A DNA stretch of 64,000 nt from an uncultured Gammaproteobacteria bacterium (GTDB lineage: Bacteria > Patescibacteriota > Patescibacteriia > UBA2196 > GWA2-42-15): positions 2,535 through 66,534 of the forward strand of contig CAZNIO010000002.1 in NCBI GenBank assembly GCA_964573135.1. The letters run 5' to 3'. The first letter of the stretch is position 1; each line of letters begins with the position of its first letter. The notes below the pieces were generated by a model. The model did no database searches. It saw only the letters and a program-made list of their open reading frames with translations, and was not told the origin of the DNA. A program made the position numbers and the translations under genes. Shown here in pieces: positions 1 through 11,541 of this stretch.

Positions 1-742
<742 letters not shown>

Positions 743-748
743 TCATAT

Positions 749-1822
749 TTATACCAATTCTAACCCCAGCTTATGATCCAATGGTTCAAAATTAGTAATT
801 TTAAAGTTGTATTCTTTGCCTACTTCCATGGCTCTCTCATCCCCTTCGCTTTTTTTCTCAGCTTCACGTGCCAATCCTTGAATTTTTGAAGCAATCTCAG
901 CAAAAGCACCAAACTCATTTAATTTGACCACTTTGCCTTTCACCTTATCTCCCACCTTGTACTTATCCTTAATCTCTTCCCATGGATCTTTCTCAAGTCT
1001 CTTTAAAGATAAAGATACTTTATGATCAGATACATCAATAATTTGAGCTTTAACGATATCACTTTCAGAAACCACTTCTCTTGGATTATCAATTCTCTGC
1101 CAACCAAGCTCTGATATATGGATCAGTCCTTCTAGTCCATCATCAAATTCAACAAAGGCTCCAAAATCAACCACGCCAGTCACCTTGCCTTCAACTATGT
1201 CCCCTTTCTTAAAATTACGTAGAGCTTTTCTGCGCTTATCCTTTTCAACGTCTCTTTCGGAAACTATTAATGAGCACTCTTGTTCATTAATATCAATAAT
1301 TACCACTCCTAATTTTTTACCTACCAATGATTTAAGCTTTTCAAGTATTTTACTCTTGCTACCACCCACTACACGTGGATAATTTTGTGGTGACAACTGA
1401 GAAACTGGTAAAAAACCAAATACTTGATCCAATTTTACGATCAAGCCACCCTTGTTAGCTTCAAGCACTGTCACTTCTACAATTTCTGTCTCGCTTTTTA
1501 GTTTATCCAGTCTATCCCAGGCTTTTTTATGTCCAGCCTGCTTAACTGACAGCTCAAGTAATCCTCTCTCGTTTTCAAGATCAATTACTGTTGCACTTAT
1601 ATGGTCTCCCACAGAAATATTACTATACTCCCCAGATTCATCATAGGCCTCATGCCCACGAATAAGCCCAGTAGTAATTCCTCCTACATCAACTAAGATT
1701 TCATTACGCCCTACATATATTACATCCCCTTCAATTAAATCTCCAGGTTTGGGTAGAGCCTTGTCTTTGACCTCGTTCATTAATTTATCCATCTCGGTCA
1801 ACTTTGTTTGTACTTTTGTCAT
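749..1822 (-). CDS. rpsA: 30S ribosomal protein S1 (short, about 4 S1 domains)
   Basis: Repeated S1 motifs (GKVTGVVDFGAFVE, GLIHISEL, VSLSLKRL). Confidence 0.9.
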   Translation of the reverse strand: MTKVQTKLTEMDKLMNEVKDKALPKPGDLIEGDVIYVGRNEILVDVGGITTGLIRGHEAYDESGEYSNISVGDHISATVIDLENERGLLELSVKQAGHKKAWDRLDKLKSETEIVEVTVLEANKGGLIVKLDQVFGFLPVSQLSPQNYPRVVGGSKSKILEKLKSLVGKKLGVVIIDINEQECSLIVSERDVEKDKRRKALRNFKKGDIVEGKVTGVVDFGAFVEFDDGLEGLIHISELGWQRIDNPREVVSESDIVKAQIIDVSDHKVSLSLKRLEKDPWEEIKDKYKVGDKVKGKVVKLNEFGAFAEIASKIQGLAREAEKKSEGDERAMEVGKEYNFKITNFEPLDHKLGLELV

Positions 1823-2090
1823 ATTTTTTCACCTTTTTTTACCCCTATATTTCGGGATAAAAACGACTTTAGCCAGTGGATTTTAGACCCCAAGGGGTCC
1901 AAGTAGCCAAAACCGCTAATGACATATTATATCCAAGTATATACCATAAATATAAGTTTGACAAGGGCTACCAAAATTGGTAATATTTAAGTAGAATAAT
2001 TCACTTCGAGGCTCATAAAAATAGTAATTTCAGTATAAAATAATAAAATTGTCCAGTCTTTTAATACTTAAATTTTAACTACATAAATCT

Positions 2091-2756
2091 ATGCAAATTC
2101 AATGGTTTGGTCAATCTTGCTTCAAGCTTATAGCCAAAAATGCCGATAAAACTACCACCATTATCACCGATCCATACCACAGCGAATATGGACTAAAAAA
2201 ACTACCTCGTCTATCTGCTGATATCGTGACTATTAGCCACGATCATAAAGATCATTCAAATTCAAAAGCCGTTAAGGGAACAGAAAATCACCCAGACCCC
2301 TATGTTATAAGCGGTCCTGGAGAATACGAAATAAGTAACGTCTTTATCTACGGCATCTCAAGCTGGCATGATAACAAGCAGGGCAAAGACAAGGGTGAAA
2401 ATATCATCTATCTAATGAATGTAGAAAAAATCAATATTGCTCACCTAGGTGATCTCGGGCAAACAGAACTCACCGACCAGCAGCTAGAAACCATGAACAA
2501 TGTTGATATTCTCCTAATACCAGTTGATGGTAAATACACCCTCAACGCTGAACAGGCTACTAAGATAGTAGCCCAAGTTGAACCACGCATTGTTATCCCT
2601 ATGCACTATAAAATACCAGGACTTAAACTGGATTTTGACAGTGTTGATAAATTTATTAAACAAATGGGCGGCAAAGCCGAAGAACTCGATAAACTACGTA
2701 TTAATAAAAAAGATTTACCTCAAGAAGAAACCAAGCTCATCGTTCTCAAACCATGA
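2091..2756 (+). CDS. MBL-fold metallo-hydrolase
   Basis: WFGQSCF, TDPY, SHDHKDH, HLGDLG, IPMHY motifs. Confidence 0.9.
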   Translation: MQIQWFGQSCFKLIAKNADKTTTIITDPYHSEYGLKKLPRLSADIVTISHDHKDHSNSKAVKGTENHPDPYVISGPGEYEISNVFIYGISSWHDNKQGKDKGENIIYLMNVEKINIAHLGDLGQTELTDQQLETMNNVDILLIPVDGKYTLNAEQATKIVAQVEPRIVIPMHYKIPGLKLDFDSVDKFIKQMGGKAEELDKLRINKKDLPQEETKLIVLKP

Positions 2757-3085
2757 AAAAAAACAAGGACAAAACCAAAATGTATCTAGCTATCACTTTA
2801 ATTATGGTTATAGTCTTTATCGCCTGGATTCTTAATCTTAAAAATTCATGGAACTCAATCAAGCAAAAACCAAATAACAACAACCAGTGGCAAGAAATAG
2901 AAAATAATCTAAACAAAGTTATTATAGACATAAAAAGCATGGGCCAAGAATTCACCCAGCCAGCCACTACGACTGCCACTGACCTCCAAGGAGGTCCTCC
3001 AATTTCTCCTGACCAACTCGGTAAAATCATTGAAAAATTAAATTTAGACGTAGTAACGACTACCCCAACTTCCACCTTGCCATAA
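2753..3085 (+). CDS. Hypothetical membrane-anchored protein
   Basis: N-terminal TM helix; lies between the MBL gene and gyrA in one operon. Confidence 0.7.
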   Translation: MKKNKDKTKMYLAITLIMVIVFIAWILNLKNSWNSIKQKPNNNNQWQEIENNLNKVIIDIKSMGQEFTQPATTTATDLQGGPPISPDQLGKIIEKLNLDVVTTTPTSTLP

Positions 3086-3094
3086 CATAAAAAT

Positions 3095-6000
3095 ATGCCT
3101 AAAAAAACAATTACTAAGAAAAAAATAGAAAAAGAAAAACCAGCCGCTGCCCCCAAAGCGCTGGCTTCTGTAAATCCAAGAGAAATTACAACAGAAATGA
3201 AAGAATCCTACCTGGATTACGCAATGAGCGTTATAGTTAGACGCGCCCTACCAGATGTACGTGATGGCTTAAAACCAGTTCATCGAAGAATTCTTTTTGC
3301 TATGTGGAATCTAGGACTAAAAAGCTCTGCAAAGTTTAGAAAATCAGCCACTGTAGTTGGTGAAGTACTTGGTAAGTATCATCCCCACGGAGATACTGCA
3401 GTTTATGACTCCATGGTGCGCATGGCGCAAGACTTCTCTCTTCGCTACCCGCTAGTACACGGGCAGGGCAATTTTGGTTGCTTTACTAAAGATACTAAGG
3501 TCAAATTAACTGACGGCAGAAATCTAACCTTTGGCGAATTAATTAAAGAAAACAAGTTAGGCAAAAAAAACTTTACCTATACGGTCAACTCGCTGGGGCT
3601 AATTGCAGTAGCTGAAATCAAAAAACCACGGCTCACTAAAAAAAATACTCCAATCATTAGGGTAATTCTAGACAATGGGGAAAAAATTAAATGTACTCCC
3701 AATCATAAATTCATGATGAAAGACGGTTCATATAAAGAGGCCGAAAACCTTAAACCGCAAGATTCACTAATGCCTTGTTATGAAAAAGTTTCAAAAAATA
3801 CAGATAGGCTCAACAGAAAAGGCTATACGCTAATATTTCAAAATAAAAAAAATGAGTGGATTCCAGCCCATCATTTAGCCGATAATTACAACTTAACTAA
3901 TAAAAAATATAACAAAAGTGCAGGTCGAGTAAGGCATCATTTAAATTTTGACAAACTTAACAACAATCCAAATAATATAGCAAGAATGCATTGGAAAGAG
4001 CACTGGCAAACACACTATAAAAATGCCTCTGCTCTGCATCAAGACGAAAATTATCGCAAAAAAATTGCCACAGGCAGAAAAAAATTCTGGGCAAATCCAG
4101 CCAACAGAGCCAGATACTCAAAAGCACTCTCCAAAAGAAACACGAAAAACTGGGAAGACCCAGTATACAGAGAAAAAATGACAATTTTCTTGAGCGAAAT
4201 CAATAAACAATACATCCAAGATCATCCGGAACGTCGACAAGAACTAAGCGAGCAAGCAACAAAAACTTTAAAACGCTTATGGCAAAATCCAGACTATCGC
4301 GCCATAATGCACGAAAAAATAATTAAAGGAAACAAAAATCACACCACTAACAAAACGGGGAAAGTCAAATTTATAAAAATCTGTAAAAAAGTTATTGGGA
4401 AATACTCTGTTATCAACGAAAATAATTATCTTGCAACAAGAAATAGAATTTATCCTTATGGCAAAGCGCCACTTTGGGAAACAGGATTAAGTAAATATTT
4501 TCAAAACGACTCAAATCTAATTCTTCAAGAAATTAACAAAAATCATAAGGTAATTAGAATAGAAAAAATTATCAAAAAAGAGGACGTATACGACCTAACT
4601 ATTGATAAAACACACAACTTCTGCTTAGCCGCTGGAATCTTTGTTCACAATTCCCTTGACGGAGATTCTGCTGCAGCTATGCGCTACTGCATCACTGGAG
4701 ATTCTTTGATTCTAACCGACAAAGGAATCTTACCTATCAAAAATATATCTTCAAAAAAAGAGGATAAAATAAAACTGAATATCCTCAACCATCAAGGCAA
4801 ACAAAAACCAGCTGTCAAATTTTTCAATTCCGGTAAACACAACATCTTCCATCTAAGTACAAACCTCAATTACCAAATAAAAGGATCTTCTAACCATCCG
4901 CTACTCACCTGGCAGCCAAACGAATTCGGAATACCGACCACTAAATGGAAATTACTTGAAGAAATAACTACTCAAGATCACGTATTAATCAACAGAAACT
5001 CCTCACTTTTCAGTAAAAATAACCCCAATTTGTCACAATATCATCCTCGCAATTTAAATAAAAAACATAAAACTAATATCCAGCTTCCCAAAACAATGAA
5101 TAAAGACATTGCTTTCTTGCTGGGTGCCCTAACTGCTGAGGGCAGCTTACATCAAAATCAAATCCTATTTAGCAATCAAGATCAAGTATTCTATAAAAAA
5201 GTTAGAGATATTATTCTAAAACAATTTAAAGGTACTAAGCTCTATGAGCATGATACCGTAAACGGCAACTGCAAAGAGCTTAGCCTCTATCATCAAAAAG
5301 CTGTTAAATTTCTACACAACATCGGATTATCTACTGGAAAATCTCACACAAAAGAAATTCCATTCTCTGTTCTCCTATCCCAAAAAGGAACAGTTAAATA
5401 CTTTCTGCAAGGACTTTTTGAAGGAGACGGCTCTGTGTCTTTCCAAAAAGACAAACGCCATGGGGGCAATTCAACGGAAGTCACCTATAACTCCAAAAGT
5501 GAAATCCTTATTAAACAATTAAAAACTGTTTTGCTTAATTTTGGTGTTATCACCAGCACTCCATATAAAGACAAAAGAAACGACTGCTACAAGCTCCTAG
5601 TTCATGGCCAAAATAATATTAATAATTTCTATACTCAAATCAACTTCTTCTCTAAACGCAAAAAACAAGAGCTTGCTCATGTCAAAGACTTGAACAAAAA
5701 CAGAATGAGCAAAACGGATTTTATCCCGTACCTCTCGAATTATCTAAAAAACAATTACTCAAATTCTTTTTTCAAAAAACATAACCTGGATCGCTATAAT
5801 AATTTACAAAAAAATTATGACAGAATATCAAAAATACTAAACAAAAGTGATTTAAAAATGATAGATTGGCTACTGCAAAACCACTATCTCTTTGACAAAG
5901 TCAAAACCATAACTAAGTCCAAAACCAAGGAAGAAGTATATTCAATTAAAGTTGATAGCAACTGCCACTCATTTATTGCCAACGGCTTCATAAATCACAA

Positions 6001-8089
6001 CACTGAAGCAAAACTCAAACCCCTAACCGACGAAATGCTACTTGATCTTGAAAAAAATACAGTTGATTTTGCATCTAATTATGACGACACTCAAAAAGAA
6101 CCTAAAGTCCTACCGGCTAATCTACCCAACCTGCTGGTTAACGGTACATTAGGTATTGCAGTCGGTATGGCTACCAATATCCCTCCTCATAATTTAAGTG
6201 AAATAATAGACGGAGTATGCCTCCTCATAGACAAACCCAATAGTGATACCGACGACCTCTTTCAATTTATCCAGGGACCCGACTTCCCAACTGGTGCCAT
6301 TATCTATAACAAAAACGATATCAAGCAAGCCTATGCTACTGGCAAAGGCTCTATTGTCATGCGTGCCGAAAACGAAATAGTTGAAGCCAAAGGTGGTGCA
6401 TTTCAAATAATAATATCATCCGTTCCTTACCAGGTTAATAAAGCTACTCTGCTTGAAAAAATAGCTGATTTAGTCAAAACCAAAAAAGTAGAAGGCATTA
6501 GGGATCTGCGTGACGAATCCTCAAAAGGCGACGTGCGCATAGTCATTGATCTTAAAAAAGATGCTTACCCTAAAAAAATATTAAATCAGCTATATAAACA
6601 CACTTCTCTGCAAACCTCCTTCCACGTTAATATGTTAGCTTTAGTCGACGGTATCCAACCAAGAGTCCTCACCCTAAAAATGATTCTTGAAGAATTTATC
6701 AAACACAGACAAGAAGTAGTCGAGCGTAGAACTAAATTTGAACTAGATAAAGCCAAGGCTCGTGCCCACGTACTTGAAGGCTTAATGCTGGCTTTAAATA
6801 AAATAGATGCCGTCATTAAAACAATCAAAGCCTCAAAAGACAGGGAAGAAGCCAAAAATAACCTTATAAAAAAATTCAAACTCACAGAAATCCAATCCAT
6901 CGCCATTCTAGAAATGAAACTTCAACAGCTAGCTAATTTAGAAAAACTAAAAATTGAAACTGAACTTAAAGAAAAGAAAAAAATAATCAAAGAATTAACT
7001 GAACTACTCAAAAGTCCAAAGAAAATTTTAGCACTTATCAAAAAAGAACTTCTAGCTGTCAAAGAAAAATTTGGTGATGAAAGAAAAACTAGAATTATCA
7101 AAGGCGCAGTTAATCAATTTTCACAAGAAGACCTTATCCCAGACGAAAATGTTATCATTGTCATTACAAAAGATGGATATATTAAACGTATGCCACTGGA
7201 TACATTCAAGGCCCAAGGCCGTGGCGGCAAAGGAGTAACTGGACTAGCCACAAAAGAAGAGGATACTGTTGAAGAATTCTTCACAACCTCTACTCATAAT
7301 AATCTTCTCTTCTTCACCACTCGTGGCAGAGTCTTTCAACTCAAAGCATACGAAATTCCAGTCGCATCGCGCATAGCCAAAGGCCAATCCATCGTTAATT
7401 TCCTGGAACTAGCACCAAACGAAAAAGTATCCTCTGTCTTCTCTTTAGGTCTGCTTGATAAGTATAAATATTTAGTAATGGTTACAACATCAGGTACAAT
7501 CAAAAAAGTAGAAATTTCTGCCTTCTCTAATGTGCGTCGCTCTGGACTAATTGCCCTAAAACTTAAAGGAGAAGATACCCTAGCCTGGGTAGAGCCATCA
7601 ACAGGGCAAGATGAAATAATGTTAACCACTACTCTTGGTCAAGCAATACGCTTTAAGGAAAAAGATCTACGTGCCATGGGTAGAGGAGCTGCCGGCGTAC
7701 GTGGTATCCGACTCAAAAAGGATAGCCAAGTATCAGGCATGGATATGATTAATAAAGAAAAAATAAAAGGCTATCTCTTTGCCTTATCCTCTAACGGATT
7801 TGGTAAAATAACAGCCATCAAAAACTACAAAACCCAAGGCCGTGGAGGCTCTGGTATTAAAACTCTAAAGGTTACAAATAAAACTGGCCCCCTAGCTTCA
7901 TCCTTTATAGTCGATCCTAAAAACTTACCCGAAGAAACAAAAGGTGACCTCATAATAATATCCGAAAAGGGTCAAGTCATCCGCCTACCTTTAAAATCAG
8001 TACCAACCCTGGGTCGTGACACCCAAGGCGTACGCCTCATGCGCCTAAAAAACGCAAATGACAGTGTGGCCAATGTAACCCTGGTCTAA
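3095..8089 (+). CDS. gyrA: DNA gyrase subunit A precursor with two inteins (mature about 835 aa)
   Basis: [38 protein letters not shown]|TE, QGRGGKG GyrA-box and C-terminal pinwheel repeats. Confidence 0.97.
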   Translation: MPKKTITKKKIEKEKPAAAPKALASVNPREITTEMKESYLDYAMSVIVRRALPDVRDGLKPVHRRILFAMWNLGLKSSAKFRKSATVVGEVLGKYHPHGDTAVYDSMVRMAQDFSLRYPLVHGQGNFGCFTKDTKVKLTDGRNLTFGELIKENKLGKKNFTYTVNSLGLIAVAEIKKPRLTKKNTPIIRVILDNGEKIKCTPNHKFMMKDGSYKEAENLKPQDSLMPCYEKVSKNTDRLNRKGYTLIFQNKKNEWIPAHHLADNYNLTNKKYNKSAGRVRHHLNFDKLNNNPNNIARMHWKEHWQTHYKNASALHQDENYRKKIATGRKKFWANPANRARYSKALSKRNTKNWEDPVYREKMTIFLSEINKQYIQDHPERRQELSEQATKTLKRLWQNPDYRAIMHEKIIKGNKNHTTNKTGKVKFIKICKKVIGKYSVINENNYLATRNRIYPYGKAPLWETGLSKYFQNDSNLILQEINKNHKVIRIEKIIKKEDVYDLTIDKTHNFCLAAGIFVHNSLDGDSAAAMRYCITGDSLILTDKGILPIKNISSKKEDKIKLNILNHQGKQKPAVKFFNSGKHNIFHLSTNLNYQIKGSSNHPLLTWQPNEFGIPTTKWKLLEEITTQDHVLINRNSSLFSKNNPNLSQYHPRNLNKKHKTNIQLPKTMNKDIAFLLGALTAEGSLHQNQILFSNQDQVFYKKVRDIILKQFKGTKLYEHDTVNGNCKELSLYHQKAVKFLHNIGLSTGKSHTKEIPFSVLLSQKGTVKYFLQGLFEGDGSVSFQKDKRHGGNSTEVTYNSKSEILIKQLKTVLLNFGVITSTPYKDKRNDCYKLLVHGQNNINNFYTQINFFSKRKKQELAHVKDLNKNRMSKTDFIPYLSNYLKNNYSNSFFKKHNLDRYNNLQKNYDRISKILNKSDLKMIDWLLQNHYLFDKVKTITKSKTKEEVYSIKVDSNCHSFIANGFINHNTEAKLKPLTDEMLLDLEKNTVDFASNYDDTQKEPKVLPANLPNLLVNGTLGIAVGMATNIPPHNLSEIIDGVCLLIDKPNSDTDDLFQFIQGPDFPTGAIIYNKNDIKQAYATGKGSIVMRAENEIVEAKGGAFQIIISSVPYQVNKATLLEKIADLVKTKKVEGIRDLRDESSKGDVRIVIDLKKDAYPKKILNQLYKHTSLQTSFHVNMLALVDGIQPRVLTLKMILEEFIKHRQEVVERRTKFELDKAKARAHVLEGLMLALNKIDAVIKTIKASKDREEAKNNLIKKFKLTEIQSIAILEMKLQQLANLEKLKIETELKEKKKIIKELTELLKSPKKILALIKKELLAVKEKFGDERKTRIIKGAVNQFSQEDLIPDENVIIVITKDGYIKRMPLDTFKAQGRGGKGVTGLATKEEDTVEEFFTTSTHNNLLFFTTRGRVFQLKAYEIPVASRIAKGQSIVNFLELAPNEKVSSVFSLGLLDKYKYLVMVTTSGTIKKVEISAFSNVRRSGLIALKLKGEDTLAWVEPSTGQDEIMLTTTLGQAIRFKEKDLRAMGRGAAGVRGIRLKKDSQVSGMDMINKEKIKGYLFALSSNGFGKITAIKNYKTQGRGGSGIKTLKVTNKTGPLASSFIVDPKNLPEETKGDLIIISEKGQVIRLPLKSVPTLGRDTQGVRLMRLKNANDSVANVTLV
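3479..4651 (+). mobile_element. GyrA intein 1 (391 aa) with an HNH-like endonuclease region
   Basis: Starts CFTKDTKV after GNFG; block B CTPNHKF; ends [12 protein letters not shown]...FVHN followed by Ser; internal [15 protein letters not shown]. Confidence 0.92.
4688..6001 (+). mobile_element. GyrA intein 2 (438 aa) with a LAGLIDADG homing endonuclease
   Basis: Starts CITGDSLI after AMRY; GSSNHPL; LLGALTAEG and [10 protein letters not shown] motifs; ends VYSIKV...FINHN followed by Thr. Confidence 0.95.
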
Positions 8090-8096
8090 AACATCT

Positions 8097-8390
8097 ATGA
8101 ATATTTTCATTATTATATTAGGAATAATTATTGGCTTTTTAGTTGCCAAATTCTACTCCGGCAAAAAAGAAGGCGATCCAGGACTTTTTAGATTAAAATT
8201 TAATACCAAAAAATACACCATTCACCTTCATCACTGGCTGCTAGCCACTCTGACCCTTATAATCCTATTCCCATTTAACTTCTACAATAATATTATTTAT
8301 GGGTTTCTTATTGGTTTAATTATTCAAGGATTAACTTATAAAGATTTCTATAAAATAATATATAAACAAACACTTTATTACTCTCAATAA
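8097..8390 (+). CDS. Small membrane protein
   Basis: Three hydrophobic segments, IHLHHW motif. Confidence 0.7.
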   Translation: MNIFIIILGIIIGFLVAKFYSGKKEGDPGLFRLKFNTKKYTIHLHHWLLATLTLIILFPFNFYNNIIYGFLIGLIIQGLTYKDFYKIIYKQTLYYSQ

Positions 8391-8671
8391 CAAAAAATAT
8401 TCATACACCTTAAACCCTTCGGGTAAAGAAGTTGCTTTTGTCGAATACTCAGCCGCTAAAATTTCACAAAAATTTCTAAACGAAGACATTCCCAATTTAC
8501 TTAGTGATCTACCCAATCTAATTATTACGGAAAAAACTGCAACAAGGAACAAATAGAAATGATACGTTTCCGAGTCAACCCAAAAGACAAAAAAATAATT
8601 GAAAAAAAACAAACGGAAAAGGATATCCCACGGTATCTGCCTTTTTACGCAATTTAGCACTAAATACATAA
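8362..8671 (+). pseudogene. Frameshifted gene with a C-terminal ribbon-helix-helix-like domain
   Basis: Pieces in different frames: KHFITLNNKKYSYTL...EDIPNLLSDLPNLI / EMIRFRVNPKDKKIIEKK / GKGYPTVSAFLRNLAL; no intact start codon. Confidence 0.5.
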
Positions 8672-8754
8672 AACTCATTGACTTTCCAGTTAAATTCTGT
8701 ATAATAAAACTTATTAAAACCTGCTTTTAGAAAGCTTTTTTTAATATACAATCA

Positions 8755-8831
8755 GGGCATATAGCTCAGTTGGTTAGAGCGCAACACTGATAATGTTGAG
8801 GTCCGTGGTTCAAATCCACGTATGCCCACCA
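8755..8831 (+). tRNA. tRNA-Ile(GAT)
   Basis: Cloverleaf: acceptor GGGCATA/TATGCCC, anticodon arm CAACA-CT-GAT-AA-TGTTG, encoded CCA. Confidence 0.97.
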
Positions 8832-8841
8832 TCAAAATCCT

Positions 8842-10065
8842 ATGCTCAGGAAAAAAACACACATTATAATAACAGTTATACTACTAGCCCTTTTTTTTAC
8901 GCCAATTTTTTGCCAAGCTTTTGAATATACATCCCTAGACCACTACACCCGCTATTTCTATAACCGCTACTCCAAGCACTTTGATAACTTTGGCCTAAAA
9001 TATGCAAGCCCCACCTATGGTATCCAAAAACTCAAAAATCCAGAAACCTCTCGTGAATGGATATCCCTTGCCTCATACTATAAATACAGAAGCATCCGAG
9101 GTGATATCAAGGCCAAACAAGCACTCAAAGACGCCGTCCATCAATCCTACCTAGCCAGCTTAAACAAATTGCCTCACGCTCAATCGTTTCAAGATGCTGA
9201 AAGCTATTTTCTAATACTTCAAGTATTTGAAAATGACCCAAACCTTTTTAACGAATTTGAACAAAAAAGAATAATTTACCAAATCAAAAAATATATCGAA
9301 CCAGGCATTAAGGCGAATGATACAGAAAATAGGAGCTTGGTATCAGCAGCTCATTGGCAATACATTGTCAATCTACTACATACCAAAAACATATTAAACC
9401 AAAGTCAAAAAGAATATTTTGATAAATTAATAAAAATAAAGATTGATACAGCTATTAATAGTTGCATCAACCAAGATTACTGGTATTTTGAAAATAATTG
9501 GAAAGATTTTTCACCTCACTATCATACAGTATCAGCCTTTATGCTAATGATCTATGGAGATCTAACCCAGCAAGACAAATACCTAGACATCTCCCAAGGA
9601 ATGTACTACAATATTAAAAAGGTGTCTTTCAAAAACGGTATGGTGGAAGCCCATCTTGGCAGAAGACCCCTAGGACTGGGAGCCCAGTTCTATCTTATGC
9701 AAGGACTACTTGGTAAATATTTTGATGACCCAGATTATAGTGTCTATCTGGCATATGCCAAAGGCCACAGATTCTTCTCAGATAAACAACACCCCGACCG
9801 CTTGGAATTCCACTCAACTATAGAAAATTCAGATCCTCAATTCCATGATGATTACGCATTTTCAGATAAAGCAGAGCTTGCCTTAACTATACCCAAATTA
9901 CAAAATGTAAATTTCAGTTCTAAATACTATTTTGACGACCCAATCCAACAATCAAGTGATGATAGTTATAATATAAAAAATACAGGTAATAAAATAATAT
10001 TTAATAAAATAAAAAACGTTCTTGGAAGCTATGGGAATTGGTCCCATATTTACAATTTAAAATAA
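8842..10065 (+). CDS. Secreted hypothetical protein (possibly a helical, lyase/hydrolase-like fold)
   Basis: Signal peptide; 407-aa ORF rich in Tyr/His; family not recognised. Confidence 0.7.
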   Translation: MLRKKTHIIITVILLALFFTPIFCQAFEYTSLDHYTRYFYNRYSKHFDNFGLKYASPTYGIQKLKNPETSREWISLASYYKYRSIRGDIKAKQALKDAVHQSYLASLNKLPHAQSFQDAESYFLILQVFENDPNLFNEFEQKRIIYQIKKYIEPGIKANDTENRSLVSAAHWQYIVNLLHTKNILNQSQKEYFDKLIKIKIDTAINSCINQDYWYFENNWKDFSPHYHTVSAFMLMIYGDLTQQDKYLDISQGMYYNIKKVSFKNGMVEAHLGRRPLGLGAQFYLMQGLLGKYFDDPDYSVYLAYAKGHRFFSDKQHPDRLEFHSTIENSDPQFHDDYAFSDKAELALTIPKLQNVNFSSKYYFDDPIQQSSDDSYNIKNTGNKIIFNKIKNVLGSYGNWSHIYNLK

Positions 10066-10071
10066 TACCAT

Positions 10072-10384
10072 GCCGAGGTAGCTCAGTGGTAGAGCACAGG
10101 ACTGAATTTTCGGTCCATCACAAAGCAATTTGTGATCGCAAACTGGGTGAATTCGGGGAAACCTACGGTCATATGTATGACTATGGCAATCCCGAGCCAA
10201 GCTCTAGAGGGTATAAGTTCTAGAGAAGGTGTAGAGACTAACAGGTGAGTCCCAACAATAACCCTGTATAAGCGCCCAGCCCCTAATATTCAATTAGGGT
10301 GATGAGATAGTCCGATCCTAAAGGAAACTTTAGTTAACACACAGGAAAATCCTGGTGTCGAGAGTTCGATTCTCTCCCTCGGCA
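10072..10384 (+). tRNA. tRNA-Phe(GAA) interrupted by a group I intron (exons 10072-10103 and 10345-10384)
   Basis: Joining the exons gives GCCGAGG...CAGGA-CT-GAA-AA-TCCTG...CCTCGGCA, a complete cloverleaf. Confidence 0.93.
10104..10344 (+). ncRNA. Group I self-splicing intron, 241 nt, inserted after U33
   Basis: P1 GGACU/GGUCC with a U-G pair at the splice site; P10 UUUUC pairs with exon 2 GAAAA; core motifs AATTCGGGGAA, AATCCCGAGCC, GTAGAGACTA, GAGATAGTCC; terminal G. Confidence 0.92.
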
Positions 10385-10389
10385 AATCG

Positions 10390-10460
10390 CGGGATGTGGT
10401 ATAATGGTAGTACGTATGCTTTGGGAGCATATAGCGGGAGTTCGATTCTCCCCATCCCGA
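10390..10460 (+). tRNA. tRNA-Pro(TGG)
   Basis: Acceptor CGGGATG/CATCCCG; anticodon arm ATGCT-T-TGG-G-AGCAT; TTCGATT T-loop. Confidence 0.93.
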
Positions 10461-10564
10461 ATTTAAAACTCTGACTTTGCGTCAGGGTTTTAAAATACCC
10501 CAATAAAAAAGATGATGTACTATTTAATATACACCATCTTATAATCTTATTTCTTGCCCTCTTT

Positions 10565-10899
10565 TCTATCCAAGCCCAATTGCGCTCGTTATCTGCTTTA
10601 ATAATTTGTGGATAATGAGCGCAGACATCGGAATTTAATAAAACACTGGCTCGCATTTTATACTTATCCAATAAATCCATTATCCGCCAAAGTCCCACCC
10701 GCACACCATAATCTCGCCAGCCATAATTTAACGGATCTGGATCCAAATTGGCAGTGCCAGAAAAAATACTTGTGGCCGGCTTACCGAGCTCATAATCCTC
10801 AATATTCAATCCAATATAAACAGCGAACCCTTCCCCGTTCGGCCATTTAATTTTTGGCCGTTCAATGATAGGGCTATAATTAAAAAGTTCATTTTCCAT
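10565..10899 (-). pseudogene. Truncated polysaccharide deacetylase / PuuE-like protein
   Basis: YSPIIERPKIKWPNG, NYGWRDYGVRVGLWRI, LNSDVC; similarity ends near WAW and the ORF then reads antisense through the tRNAs. Confidence 0.75.
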
Positions 10900-10902
10900 G
10901 TC

Positions 10903-11538
10903 TTACTCCGTCTGTTTGGTTAACGATTTTAAATATTTAATTACACCAGCTGAATTAATCACATCAGCATATCTTGTTTCTAAGTTGATCAAACTTTGCC
11001 GATGTGCATTTTTATCGCGATCAACAACTGCGTCCACAACCACAATTGGCCTATAACCATAAGATATAGCATCAACGGCAGTAGCTTTAACACAGCCACT
11101 GGTTGAGCAACCAATAATAATTAAAGTATCAACCTGTTTAAAATTTAACTGCGAAGCAAGATCAGTTCCAAAAAACGCCGAAGCATAATGCTTTTTAACT
11201 GTTTTATCCCAATCCTCTTTATTAATCCGTGAATCTATCTCAACTGCCGATGTTCCTTCCATTAGAGTATTTAACCCGCTTTGTTTTAAAAACCAAATAC
11301 CCGCTTCTGAGATATTCTTATAACAAGTGAGAGAAAAATAAATTGGAACATCTTTACTGCGGGCGGCCTGAATAACTCTGTTTATTATCTCAATTTCTCT
11401 ATTCATCACCATGCCCAATGGAGAATTTGTATTACTAAAAGCATTCATCATATCAACCACTATTACAGCTGGTCTTTCTCCAAAGCCCATTTTTTGACCG
11501 AACCCTCTTTTAATATAAATTTCTTTTACTTTCTTCAT
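10903..11538 (-). CDS. Isochorismatase-family cysteine hydrolase (N-carbamoylsarcosine/maleamate amidase-like)
   Basis: GFGERPAVIVVD, KHYASAFFGT, GCSTSGCVKATAVDA. Confidence 0.9.
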   Translation of the reverse strand: MKKVKEIYIKRGFGQKMGFGERPAVIVVDMMNAFSNTNSPLGMVMNREIEIINRVIQAARSKDVPIYFSLTCYKNISEAGIWFLKQSGLNTLMEGTSAVEIDSRINKEDWDKTVKKHYASAFFGTDLASQLNFKQVDTLIIIGCSTSGCVKATAVDAISYGYRPIVVVDAVVDRDKNAHRQSLINLETRYADVINSAGVIKYLKSLTKQTE

Positions 11539-11541
11539 ACT

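Noticed and set aside
8331-8678. 115-aa minus-strand ORF
   Set aside because: Shadow of a decayed + strand gene with an RHH-like C-terminus.
10038-10223. 61-aa ORF and the C-terminal tail of ORF 10330-10899
   Set aside because: They overlap the tRNA-Phe intron and tRNA-Pro; spurious.
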